A DNA stretch of 64,000 nucleotides from Balanoglossus misakiensis (taxonomy: Eukaryota > Animalia > Hemichordata), in contig CM082584.2 of assembly GCA_040954595.2 (NCBI GenBank), positions 62,001 through 126,000 on the forward strand. The letters run 5' to 3'. Under the pieces are notes generated by a model, which made no database searches, was not told where the DNA came from, and was given only the letters and a program-made list of their open reading frames with translations. Within the stretch, counting starts at the first letter, position 1; each line of letters opens with the position of its first letter. This document shows positions 10,358-22,717 of the stretch, one piece after another. The position numbers were made by a program, and so were the translations under genes.

Positions 10358-12307
10358 TAGTTGATGTCATAACTTTCTGATGTTTCAATTTACGGTTGGA
10401 AAAATAGCAACATCTACTCTGATGAGCATTTGAGTCAATGAAAGTATACATCATGGCTACGGTAGTGCATATAAGTCTCTTGGTTAGCTGCACAATCACA
10501 GGCAACTTTATTGAGACAATATCAATGACAAAGCCCAGCGATTTCTACTTTGTGCGGCAAATCTGACACTGGTTTGCTTACGTTCAGCGCACGTGGTTCC
10601 GATGAAACAGCGCGAACTCTGGCATCTGAACTCGGTGCAGGACACTTGCTGGCAGAATCCACTGTTTAGACAAGGGTTGGGCTGACACGGATTCAAATCT
10701 GTGCACAGAAGAGAAAGTGATATAAATTGTGTACAGTTAATATTTACTACATATACTTTAAACAGATTTGTGCAGTCAGGGTTGAGTGGTAAAAATCTCA
10801 GTTGGTCAACAGAACATCACTGTGACAAATTTCTTCCATGTTCAACAAAAGAAACGTAATGAAATTTTGACACAGGTGTAATAGTGTCTTAGTGTACCAT
10901 ACGGTGCAGGTTGTTGTTTGGTCAAATACACAATCCCCTTTTATGGCACACACATTCTTAATAAATTTCCCCAAAATTGTGTCGTTATTCACTGTTTGAT
11001 ACAGGTTGGAAGAAACCAACTGCAAGCCGATTATGTGTTATGTTATTATGTTCCTCTTCATCTGAAATTTAAAATCACTCACATGTCTGACATAAATCGC
11101 CGGAGTAACAGCTTGTACAGGAGCATGTGAATTCAGTACACCAATTGGGCGTCAGCACACAGTTTCCACCATTCTGACACTGGATGGGTTGACACTGGTT
11201 GACAGCTGTGGGATGTGCAGTCAAGATATTGTCAAAATTACAGAATCTACAAACTACACTCCACAGTCATGTACATGTATACATGACAACAACCAAAGGG
11301 CTGTTTTGAAAAACCAAATGCTGTGAAATCCTTTAGAGTGTGACAAGAAACCACAGTTGCAACCGAAAACAAAAATAGTGATAACATTAAGCTAGCCCAA
11401 AGTTTGAGTTACCAGGGCTTTAATATGTGTACCGTACTTATATTATATAATACATAACAAGTGTTTTGCATTGAATAAAATAATATTGGTTTGTACTTAT
11501 GCATTGTACATGTGGCACCAGTGAAGCATTCGGTACACATACAGTCAAACAGGAAACAGCCGTCTCGCGCAACGCATGTGCCACCATTTTGACAAGGCAT
11601 AGAGTATAACTGATCAATGGCTGCCAAAACAAAAATGAAAGTATCAATTACCTGCTTGTCAAAAACTTGTACATGTACTTGTGATGTTCATTTCGTTTAA
11701 ATATGTGAGCAATGTCTTCATTCCTTGTTTCAAACCTGTACATTTAAAATAACATAATGATGCTATTGCTAGGATTTTTCTGTAAGAATCTTGAAAAATT
11801 AAAAAATGTGCCGTCAACATGATACAGAAGGCTTTCCTTTTTAACGTGCACCTCACACTCAATTTTGACCCTACATCAGCAAATTTTGAAAGGATGAAAC
11901 TTAGTAATGCTTCCACCCCATTTATTGGTGTATGGGTCCATCTATCACATTGAGAATACCAAAAATGAGGGTTTATATACCACGCTGTGTCATAAAACAG
12001 TAATTCGACACACCTACGGCACAGATGGCCCCAGTCCAACACTACTGGCAGTAACAGGTGTAGTCAGTATAAGAATTTGGTGTTTGGGAACAATAGCCTC
12101 CATTTTGACACGGATTCTGATCACATGGGTTAATGACTATCAGAAAAAAAATAGTTTAAAAAACATGAAATGCAGATGGCTACACCTCAACCAAAGATGA
12201 TTCCTGCACCACAACAAAATCCTTTGACACAAGCATTATACTGGAACCATACCCAGAACACGCATTAAGTATATGATGAAGGGACAATGTCTCTATTTTG
12301 GGTAATA

Positions 12308-12410
12308 CAGTAAAACCTGTCTTTATGGACACCTCTCTAATCAGAACACCTAGTAAGATTGATTTTTCAAGCCAAATAGTAAGGATAATTAAGGACGTCT
12401 CTTTTACTTA
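12308..12410 (+). mobile_element. possible remnant of a pogo/Tigger-like MITE
   Basis: ta|CAGTAAAACCTGTCTTTATGGACACCTCTC resembles Tc1/pogo-family termini; no clear second end. Confidence 0.35.
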
Positions 12411-14257
12411 ATACTCAGATGTGTGCACCACCTTAGGAGAGATTACCTCATATGCACAATTATCTCTACAGACACTAGTCTTCAAGAGGCAACTCTTGTA
12501 TATTTGAGTGATGAAAACATCCAGCTTCGTACACTTCCTCACAAGTTCGTGCCTATCCTAAATTGCACGGACATACAAATGAAATTTCTGTTTTCTTTTC
12601 TCTTGTGGAAATTTTAGAAATGAGAAGTTACCACACAATTCAATTGCCATGAAGAGAAAGTGCCCAAAAGATTGTCATTTACGGTACGTCAGAAACTTAC
12701 ATATTTCACAATGGTTACCCTCATAGCAACCAGTACAGGCACAGGTATATGCCGTGCAGGAGTTGGCCACTGCATTACATACAGCCCCGTTGAGACAGCT
12801 GTTTCGCTGGCATGGATCTTGGACTGCAATAAAAAGTGCAACCTAATGTTATCTCAGCAATATTTACTTTCAAAATCTGTTTGATAAAAACATCATCATT
12901 ACCATTACTGTAAATACTGAACGGAACTTCACTTCCAAAAACAACTTGCTCATTCTGGGACGCACTTGTGGGGCTATGAAAATCTCTGTATATGTATCTT
13001 GTGTAGGAAAAATTTTCATGAACGATCAACATTTTTTTCTTCAAATAAACATGTTTTCTTTCAGTTGTACATCATTTTTGAGGTGAACGATTCCCAAGGC
13101 CCAAGGTGTGATGCTGAAGATGAAAATATAAAGTATGACCAACAGACAATGTATTGAGACATGATTGTAAATGTTAGTTCCTGCATGACAAAATGTTTGT
13201 TTTAATGAGTTTTACACTGGCTGCAGTGTGTGCCGGTGAAACATCCTGGACAAGTACACTCATAAGTTGTACACGACAGCCGAGTACACTGCCCATTGTT
13301 CAGGCATGGACTTGGCCTACATGGAGTTTGTTCTGTTTCAATGGAATGAAAATAAATAAATAGTAGTGACATAAGTTTTTAGGGTATGACCATTTCCTTA
13401 ATTCCTACAGCTGTGGTTCTATCGGGTTCTCCTATAACTAAGCCTCCTTAATGTATAACTGAACAATAAGAATTACTTATTATACTTTTGGGAGTTTAGG
13501 ACTTAGTAATCGCAAAAAAGACTCAATTCCTGAAAGTGCCTATTTGGTTTGTCACATCCTAAATATACAGGTAATTTCATAGCTGCCAGCTATGACAAAT
13601 ATACCGGTATGAGGGGGGAAAAACAGTTCCTCGTCTGATAAATTTACCTTGGTCACAGGTGATTCCAATGATACAGCCTTGACAGCGACAGGTAAACGCA
13701 CTGCACGATCCACTGATTGGCTCACAGATACCGTTGTTCATGCACGGATTGGGAGAACATTGATCGAGTCCTGGGGGTTGCATGTAAATCAACCAACAAT
13801 TGCACATTAACATCACAAGTCATTTCACTATTTTTTCATTCCAAACTTAAAAGATTGCTTGTAACTTGCTGAACAAATATTCATATGGACAGACTATTCT
13901 AGCTTGGAACAGGCAAAATCAAGGGTGCCCTGACGCCCAACTTTTAAGAGCAGTTCATTTACTGAAACTGCCAGCACCCAATATTATCCCACATGTAATC
14001 AATATGTGGAAATCAAATACATCTGTAACAGTTTTAATTTACCATGTGGGTATTTGCATGGAGGGCCATGGTATTTGTTACCTACTGATAAAATACCTTT
14101 CAAAACAATATCCTCATTTCTTCAGAAGTTTGGCAACAAGACCAATAAAGTTTCACATCAAAATTTACAATGTATAAATAAGCTTAAAAGATCTACGGAA
14201 TGAAGATGGCTTGTTTGTTTGCAGGGTGTCTTGAAAGTATATACTCACTTGTTTGAC

Positions 14258-15142
14258 CATGGACCCTAGAGAAAGAAGGACGCGCAACTCCAGTTTTTTC
14301 TTGAAATGATGTTCTTTTGCATACATTATTTCCAGATAAATCCCAATAATCCAATTTGCAAATAAACTGTGTATAAACTAACGCAAAGTCTCGTGTTTTG
14401 TGTGAAGTTATCACAACACCTCAGAACATCTCGCAGAAGACGAGAAAACTGCAACGTGGTTGAACGCAGCGATTATTTATGGAACACATCTGGACAAGTT
14501 AAACAGGAATTTGAATCTGAGTCTGACAGCGTCCAAAACAAGCATCTTTTGTCTAACAGTCCGGGTATTTCACAAGGCTGTGAGCTAACCGTACCGAGGG
14601 TTGCCTGGCGGCCATAGCGCACACATGATAATCCACCCAGTTTGTTTACAAATTGTTTTCGTGAAATCTGTTTTATTGTTCACGCACTGCGAAATAAAAT
14701 GCCCCTAAACCACAATTTTTATTTCAATGCTTCACGCAAACATAACATTATTACGAAAAGTGTCAGCGTTACTAAGAAATATGAGTGCCCAGTCGGACAT
14801 GCAAAAAACATGGATGATTTGTTTACAATTTTTAAATGAAGCTTGTGGCACTAGAAATGACCATTCAACCGACAGACGAACACCAAACCATAATAATTAG
14901 CACAGACATCGTAATACTTTTAGAATTTTAGAAAAAAACGCAGTGGCTGCTGAAATGCAGTAGTGCCAGTTTGGTGGCAAGTTTTCGCATCACTGGTGGG
15001 GTCGACACGTGCCGAAGTAAGGAAGTCATTGTCCGACTGTCCTGGGTGTTAATTATATACAAAAAAACATCATCATACAGATAATCCCCAAACCCTTTGA
15101 TCTTTGCCGCAGTTGCTCGCCCTTCTTTCTCTAGGGTCTATG
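14258..15142. mobile_element. non-autonomous P-element-type MITE inserted in an EGF exon
   Basis: 32-bp TIRs CATGGACCCTAGAGAAAGAAGGACGCGCAACT / AGTTGCTCGCCCTTCTTTCTCTAGGGTCTATG (3 mismatches); perfect 7-bp TSD GTTTGAC (14251-14257, 15143-15149). CAT...ATG ends with a 7-8-bp TSD are typical of the P superfamily. Confidence 0.85.
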
Positions 15143-16336
15143 GTTTGACAGATGTCACCTGTGTAAGAGTTCACACACTGGCATGAATAGAAATTGCACG
15201 ATGTTTGCTGGCAAAATTCACCATTCATACATGGGTTGGGATCACAGGGGTTTTGCACTGGAAATTAAGAAAGGACGCCATTTTATTCCTTGCTACTCAT
15301 TCTACAGTACAGATATGGCAAAAACCTTGCAGAATTATGGCAAGGGTGTGGGGAGTGATTGTGCCTACAACTTATATTAGGCTGGTATCAAGTTGTTCAC
15401 ACCTCCATAGATCACGTGGCAGTGACTGTGAGGCAAGGGCTTCCCTTCATGAAATCAAAGACCTGTGTACTGGAGGAGGGTTCCTTGCAAATGCTTGACT
15501 TGACTTCAAGCACACCTGTAGACTCATATGTAAATTTACACTATCTGGCCTGGAGTGAGAATTTCCATAGTGGATGTGTGTTGACAAAAGGCAGTAAAAT
15601 TGGCCAGTCGCGCATAATGTTTCTTGAACCAAGACAATCAAGACATTATGCGCCACGAAAGTGATTTTGATTGGAAAGAGTGTAATCTTGCATTCGATGT
15701 CAAGAACTCTCCAAGCTCTGCTGTGGTGATGGCTACACCTATGCTCAGGAAACATGCAGTATTTGAATGAGACTGCGCTGTATACTTACATATCTCACAC
15801 CTATCACCTTTGTAGCAACCAGTACATATGCAGGTGAGATCAAAGCAGGAATTTCGAGCCGGTTGACAGAAGCCACCATTCTGGCACGGATTTGGTTGAC
15901 ACTGGTTGAGTCCTGCAAGGAAAAGGGTCAAATTTTCCATGATCATCAGGGGTGAGTTTCCTTCAAAAATTGTGATGTGACAAACCGACAAATTAGCATA
16001 TTAGCATAATCAGAATAAATAAAAAAAATGCACAGGTAGTTTAAAAGAACAAAAACTTTCGAAACGGAATAGAGCTAAGCTGCTATCCCTTTCTATTTTT
16101 GTGTTTGTACAACATCAGTGAAGTTTAAATCATAATAAAAAAATGATAATTATCATTATTAACTGCTACAGATTCAAACTTACTTGTCTCACAACTGGTT
16201 CCCTAGTAACACTCTGTGCACATGCAAATTGTGGCAGTACAAGAATTTACCTGTTGTTGGCAGGTACCTCCATTGAGACAAGGACTTCATAAGTTGTCTG
16301 AAAACACCAGTTTGCCCAATTTTCACTAATGTATAG

Positions 16337-16994
16337 GAATACATGAGAAGTCGGCCAGATTAGAAGTCGGCCAGTTCGCGCGCATGAGAAGTCGGCCAGT
16401 ATGAGAAGTCGGCCAGTTGTTGAACTTGTACCCGAATAGTGCAGTAATGACCCAGATTACTTATAACAACACTTAATAAAATATAATTGCACTAAATATT
16501 TTCATTTGGACGGATTTCCCAAATTCTTGACAACACAATGGCGTCATTTCAAATAATGGCGTCTGGCATCCGTACCAGTTCCCCAGCCCCGTATCCGCAT
16601 AAGGAGCTTAGGTTGTTCGCCAAATTCCTGTGACATTTCTGATTAAAGGGAGTTGTTTCAAAGCCTACTAAAATACATAGAAGATGTATGTGTATATTCA
16701 TACTTTCTGAGACAACACCAAACAAACAAACGTGACAAGGAACAGACTACTGGCGCAGCTCAAGAAGTGCAGGTGACTGATGTTGACGTACCCCGGTGAC
16801 GTACATGAAAAGTGAACAGACAGTTTTAAAATAAATCGGCTATTTGTACAAATATCTCAGCTCCTGTACATCAAGGAAACATTTCGTAGTGAAACAGTTA
16901 TATATAACACAAAGTACCAGGGTTCTCTCCCACAGGCCGACTTCTCGTACTGGCCGAGACCGACTTCTTATACTGGTTGACTTCTCAGGACACC
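16337..16994. mobile_element. non-autonomous DNA transposon with tandem subterminal inverted repeats (MULE/Foldback-like; family uncertain)
   Basis: Four (g)agaagtcggccag copies at the left (~16345-16417), inverted ggccgacttctc-type copies at the right (~16933-16987), 8-bp direct repeat ATGTATAG on both sides (16329-16336, 16995-17002). Confidence 0.75.
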
Positions 16995-17871
16995 ATGTAT
17001 AGCTAGCTGTTGAACTCAAAAAATATGTAAAACTACAAGTGATGTAAACAACTTGTGGAACCATGTTCAAATCGAGACAAGAAGAAAAGGGATTTCAAGA
17101 CTTACCTCCTTCAGCACTTTACTGCCCTGTAGCGCACTGTGTGACACTTGTAGTTGTGCATTCATAACCAGAAGGACGTGGCCGAACCTAGCGAGTATGA
17201 ACCTATCACAGAAAAAATTCAAAGAACGATTTTTACCACCATGGTTTGGTCCAACGATCCCTTATTAGAGAGATGTCCGTAATCACAGGTTTTACTGTAC
17301 AATACCTCTTCAGTGGAATCATTGTGTTTTTCAAAGTGCATCACAATATCAACTCCAATAAGCATAACAGTTTAATTTTCTGTGTATGCCATGCTATAAC
17401 ACAGGGAAGTCACAAGAGTGATTTGCAGCCCAACTTACCAGTAACTGTTGAACAATCCACTACGGGTGACATGGTTGGACACTTGGATCCCGCTGGACAA
17501 GGCGTGCATGTGCCGTCGCCTTCCATAGCATATTCACCATTGCCACAGTCGAGCGGATCTTACATTGGATCTGAACACGATTGTCCAGCAGGGCACAGAA
17601 GACAGGATGTGCGTGCAGGCTCCTCACTTATTTCATCTGATTAAAGAAAATGAGGTTTTTAGTGATGTATTTGTGATACAGTGTCATTTAAAATAACAAA
17701 TTACTTGAGATGATTCACTTCATAATTCTGAGACAAGTATACAGGCATGTAGAAAATTCTTTGGAGGACATTAAACGTCATTTCTAATCAACCATTTTCT
17801 GAATATCATAAGACTCTGCGAGATCTCACATGGCTAACCGGGTCTCGCAAGATCTCGCACTGAGTTGATAA

Positions 17872-17972
17872 TCTGTTGTAAACACATACATACATACACA
17901 CACACACATACCCCCAGTCGCACTGACATGAAAATCTGTTGTAAACACATACATGCAAACACACATACCCCT
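17872..17972. repeat. short tandem duplication (atctgttgtaaacacatacat...acacatacccc) with CA/CATA microsatellite
   Basis: Two copies here and in copies 3 and 4 (~33754, ~50552); one copy in unit 1 (63 bp shorter). Confidence 0.8.
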
Positions 17973-18959
17973 CAGTTTCATCACACAGCAAACTGAACAA
18001 GTACCACAATCTTACCATTTGTACATCTGGTACAGTTTGTTGCACCAGCCAATGACACGTAACCCTTGGTACACTTGAATTGCGATGCACTGGGATCTAT
18101 GCAGGCGTACCCTTGCTCACAAATAGTACAATGTTCAGCACCAGCTGATCTGTAAATCAAACAGAGAATTTACACACCAAGTTAACCTTTGAATACCACT
18201 GTAAAAATTTGGTGCAAATTTTAATTATTTTCATAAATAGAGGTCTATTCAAATTTGGAAAAATTGTCATTTTTTCATTCATATATTATATCAGTAAATT
18301 TTAAATACAGAAATAGAAAATGATCCCATCCTATTTTTCAGTTAGTAAATTACCTGACCTAATGTTTGATGTTGGAAATAAAGGTGGGTGGGTAGAAGTT
18401 TACCTGTTATGCAAGAGGTACAGCGAGACATCCTTTGTCCAAGGCCGAACTGTAATAACCAGCCGAGCATAAAATCACAGTGTTACCATTTGGACATTGG
18501 TTACCAGCTGGGCAATCAGCACATGATGTTTGTGCTGAAAATAAACAGAGATTTATAGAATCTTATAGTCACAGTCATACCTTCAAAGACGTGGGATTCT
18601 CACGCGGGTTGGGGAGACAAAAATCCCTGGCAAAAGATTGAGGACAGGAAAATGCCAATCCAGAGATATTGGTAACAGAAACTGTGTACAGTCAATGCCA
18701 TACGGCAGTGTGCTGTTCTAACAACAGACAAGATCGTGACGATCATAGTCTGTGTCGGAGATTTGGAAAAGAGCAAATTTGGTGAAAAGACGGGACAAAA
18801 CAAAAGTCTACTTATACGATGCACATGAAAACTGGATGAAAGCGAAGCAGTCCACTATTTGAATGCATTGGATGTAAAATTGGCAGAATATTTGGACTGG
18901 ACGTAATGTTTGTACGCGCAGAATTACGTACATGCACATAAGATGATCGTCCGCCTTAA

Positions 18960-19465
18960 AGGCACGTAAGCTGCAACTGGATAAAAAAATTAAAGTTTTA
19001 AATAATCTCATATATGCTTTTAATTATGTCTATTAAATGATATTTCATGATAATATATCAAGCTCAACACTTATTTATGACACAATGGCCAAAAATTAAA
19101 GAAAAAACGAAAATTCCTGCAATTTTAAAAAAAGTGCAATATTGCAATGAAAAATGAAAATCTGATGTCTCAGTGGTGTACATTTACTTCCATGAGCTCA
19201 AGTGGATGAGATCATGTTTTGTTTATGAAGTTTCACAACCGGAAATGCAACATTTTCATTGTTTCTTGCATTTTCCCAGGGTGGCGGCCATAATCGCTTG
19301 CGGCAAAGCTTTATTATTTATCTGGTTAAAACTTGCATATGCACTCATATTTAGGGTTTATAATGCTTGTGTATAGTTCACTGCCTTCATCTGCATGGAC
19401 TAATGGTAGTGCAGTTTTAAACAAAAATTATGAAAATTATCCCAAAAGTTACAGCTTACGTGCCT
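18960..19465. mobile_element. Kolobok-type MITE A, copy 2
   Basis: Same TIRs and TTAA TSD as 1995-2500. Confidence 0.85.
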
Positions 19466-19813
19466 TTAAGTGAAAGATTACACAGTAATGCCCAAACTTT
19501 AAGTGCTGACTCACCATCTATATTAGTGTAGTATCCATCTTCACACACCTCTGGCTCCGACATACCATCATATTGGCACTTATACCCGGGGCAGGACAAG
19601 GCGTACAGTCTATACTTCCATTGTTGGCAAAATATCCCAGTCCGCATTGTGTTGGTGATGAGAGGCTGGCTGTTCCACACATGAAACCCCTGGACACAGC
19701 GTGCATGCTTCAGAACATGCTGAACTTTAACTTCCAGCTGCGCAGTCCTGTAGGAGTGAAGACGTCAAATATTAAGGAGGTTTAGGAGCCCTCTAGCCAG
19801 CAAACTTCATCAA

Positions 19814-20223
19814 GGATGTACGTGCAGAACATAAACCGGAAACACTACGTGTCCGGTCTTTTTCCCATAGGATTACATTGATAATCGCCAGAAAACAAAC
19901 TTCTACTATTGTCATTTTCACGAAATTTTATACATAGCTCAGTCCAGCAAATATAAATTCATTGGTCAAATAAAATATAGGGGTCACCGCGCTCTTTTTT
20001 GAGATAAATTGCATTAAGAATTTTGGCCATAGACAAACAAACCATTGGTGAAAAATCAGTAGATTTATTCTATTATCGACCAATTTCATGGCTCTGTATT
20101 TCAAAAACGAGCGCGGTGACCCCTATATTTTATTACGGATTTTCATTATACATACAAAAGAGAATAAAAAAATCCACAATTAAAAAAAATGACAATACTT
20201 TCCATTTTATTGAACGTACATCC
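19814..20223. mobile_element. Kolobok-type MITE B, copy 2
   Basis: Same termini as 2849-3266. Confidence 0.7.
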
Positions 20224-20706
20224 TTAATGTTACTTAGGTAGTGGAGCACCAAAACCCAAATTTTCATATCGATTGTGTATTTTGTGATAAAAGCACCAAA
20301 CTTGGCTCAGATGTGTGTTAATGTGTACTGAACAAATTCAGATAGCGAGTCACTAAATATCTGTTGAAGAGTTTCCATGGCAACCAATTTTTTTTCAAAA
20401 TGGCCGCAAATACAGATAATCACACCTGTTAAACATCAAAATAAATTCAGATTACAATATTTGAAACAAGAAACTACGGAAAGAATGGTTTGCAATAGAA
20501 CTATGGTTATTAAACTACAAATGTACTTATAAGGGTAACTAAGGGATCAAAATACAGGTGCAACTTTCAATCCCTGGTACTCGCATTAGTATAGGTGCTC
20601 CCCCTAGTCAAACATTACGGCTAGTTGCGATATTTAACTTGAAGTACGTAAATTACACACACACGAATCGCAACAGTTAGCGAGTCACTAAATATCTATT
20701 GAAGAG

Positions 20707-22717
20707 TGACTATGCAGTATTCAAGATCCACCCTTTCCACAATACGTGTGAACTTCTACTCTCTACATGGAATGTCCGCTCAGCTAGATGCAAATCATTA
20801 GACATTGCAGACTACATCACAGATAAAGAAATTGATATTCTTGTACTCACTGAAACATGGTTGAAGGAATCTGGTGACGAACACGTAATGGCTGAATGTA
20901 CACCACCAGGCTATGCTGTCAAACATCTACCTGGGGTTGGCAAGATCGGTGGAGGCTTAGCTTAAATTCATAAGCTAGCACTAAAATAAACAGCTTGGAA
21001 GCCTATTCTCTCTGTTAAATCTTTTGAGGCAGCGGAAGCAACTATTCTTCACCAGAAACTTTCCATGAAAATAATTCTTGTCTACCGTCCACCACCATCA
21101 GTTAATAATAAATTCACCGCACCACAGTTCATGGAAGAGTTCAGTACAACACTTGAGAAGTATGTCACCTGCTCAAGTAATCTCTTCATCGTAGGAGATT
21201 TCAATATTCACCTAGAAGATGATAAGAATCCAGTAACACAGAAATTCAATGGAATCATCAGCGCCTGTAATCTGAAACAATGGGTCCAACAACCAACACA
21301 CAGAAAGGGTCATACTCTTGATCTCATCTTATCTAACTCTGCGTCTAACATCAAGAGTGTCTCTGTAGACTGCTTGGAACTCTCTGATCACAATCCTGTC
21401 AATGCAAAACTTGCTCTTCCGAAACCAACACACAGTAGACGTCAAATATCTTATCGTCATATCTGCCATTTCAATTGATAGTTTCAGCCATGATCTCGAC
21501 AAAATACATCAAATGTCCTAGCCTCCAAATGACCTCTCCTCAGCCATATCAGCTTATAACCAACCCGTCAGTCTCCATCTAAAACACGTGTACTTGATCT
21601 CATCCCTACAGCACTTGATAAGCAATGTCTTGGTAATCTGCTCACTATCATGGCCACAATTATCAATTTGTCACTCAAAACTGGAACTGTTCCTGATCAA
21701 CTTAAAATAGCAGTCATCACACCAATATACTCAAGAAACCTTCGCTCGACAAAAACATTTTCAAGAACTATCGACCAGTTTCAAACCTAACCTTCCTGTC
21801 AAAAGTAATCGGGAAGATTGTAGCACAACAACTGACATCATATTTGACTACCAACTCACTACAAGAACCACTGCAGTCAGCGTACCGAAAGGATCACAGT
21901 ACCGAAACAGCACTTACTAAAATCAACAACGATATTTGTATGGCACTGGATGCCGGTAAATGTGTACTCATGGTTCTCCTCGATCTCTCCTCTGTGTTTG
22001 ATACCATAGATCACGACACAATCATCTCAAGGTTATCAAAACTGGGCATCACCAACATCGCACTACAATGGTTCTCATCATATCTTAAGAACAGACAGCA
22101 GTTTGTATGGCACAATGTCAGAACCTCAATATCTACAATATGGAGTACCACACGGTTCAGTGCTTGGCCCACTTTTGTTCTGCAGCTACATCCAACCACT
22201 TGCTCAACTTATTTGTCACCACAACATCAATTTTCACCAATATGCCGATGACAACCAACTATACCAATATTTCTTCCAGTTAGACACCATAAGTACATTA
22301 GACAAGATGGAAAGGGCAGTTCACGAAATAAAAACCTGGATGACACATAATAAACTTCAACTCAATGGTGGCAAACCCGAGGTACTCCTGATAAGGTCTC
22401 AGTTCAACCGCTCGCCTCGTCCCATAAACCACATGAGCATTGGATCATGTTGTGTTCAAATTGTGAATTCTGCACGGAATATAGGTGTGACATTCGACGA
22501 CAATTACACTTTCAATAAGCACATTAATGCAATTTGCAAGTCAATTTTCTTCCATCTGCGTCAAATCAGCCACATTCGCCGTTACCTCACTAAGGAAGTT
22601 TGCCAGATGCTGGTTCATGCTCTAATCACATCAAAACTGGACTACTGCAATGCAATACTCTGTGGTTTACCATCATCATGCGTTCAACCGCTACAGCATG
22701 CCCTGAATTCTGCAGCC
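20707..22717 (+). mobile_element. CR1/L2-group LINE ORF2 fragment, copy 2
   Basis: Same EN/RT motifs; retains HSTETAL, which is partly deleted in copy 1. Confidence 0.93.

Larger units (their letters stand above)
10011..16297 (-). pseudogene. fragment of a multi-EGF-repeat (Notch/fibropellin-like architecture) gene; 11 single-module phase-1 exons: 16184-16297, 15790-15912, 15143-15257(+14249-14250), 13648-13770, 13216-13332, 12701-12823, 12014-12136, 11501-11620, 11083-11205, 10582-10698, 10011-10133
   Basis: Exons of 114-123 bp with AG/GT ends, each one EGF-like unit (e.g. LNQCQPNPCQNGGFCQPARNSCFDLTCICTGCYKGDRCEI). Disablements: TGA and TAG in 16184-16297, TAG in 12014-12136, MITE inside 15143-15257, GT->AT donor at 11499-11500, lost cysteines in several modules. 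Confidence 0.88.
1..16902. repeat. ~16.9-kb tandem repeat (macrosatellite) unit, copy 1
   Basis: The sequence at position 1 (tataacacaaagtaccaggg) recurs at 16903, 32785 and 49582, and the whole ORF track repeats with near-identical translations. The unit phase is arbitrary (set by the window start). Confidence 0.98.
17106..19747 (-). pseudogene. GCC2/GCC3 Cys-rich gene fragment, copy 2
   Basis: Near-identical to 204-2782, with the same stops and frameshifts. Confidence 0.85.

Noticed and set aside
15300-15770. Possible degraded DIRS-type tyrosine recombinase (CFLSIGVAITTAELG ~ HSFRIGAATTAA; LQVCLKSSQ ~ LKxSKTD) on the minus strand
   Set aside because: Similarity is weak and the motif order is inconsistent; cannot be supported without a profile search.
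10011-16297. Calling this Notch, fibropellin, crumbs or delta
   Set aside because: Only EGF-like modules are present (no DSL, LNR, CUB, LamG, signal peptide or TM segment), with atypical Cys spacing; no gene symbol is justified.
16345-16417. CRISPR-like short direct repeats (gagaagtcggccag x4)
   Set aside because: Repeats are ~15 bp with 1-11-bp gaps, have inverted partners 550 bp away and lie in eukaryotic DNA without cas genes; they are transposon subterminal repeats.
1-16902. The unit being an endogenous virus or a Polinton/Maverick (similar size)
   Set aside because: No polB, integrase, ATPase or capsid ORFs and no long terminal inverted repeats; the content is host exons and small TE relics.
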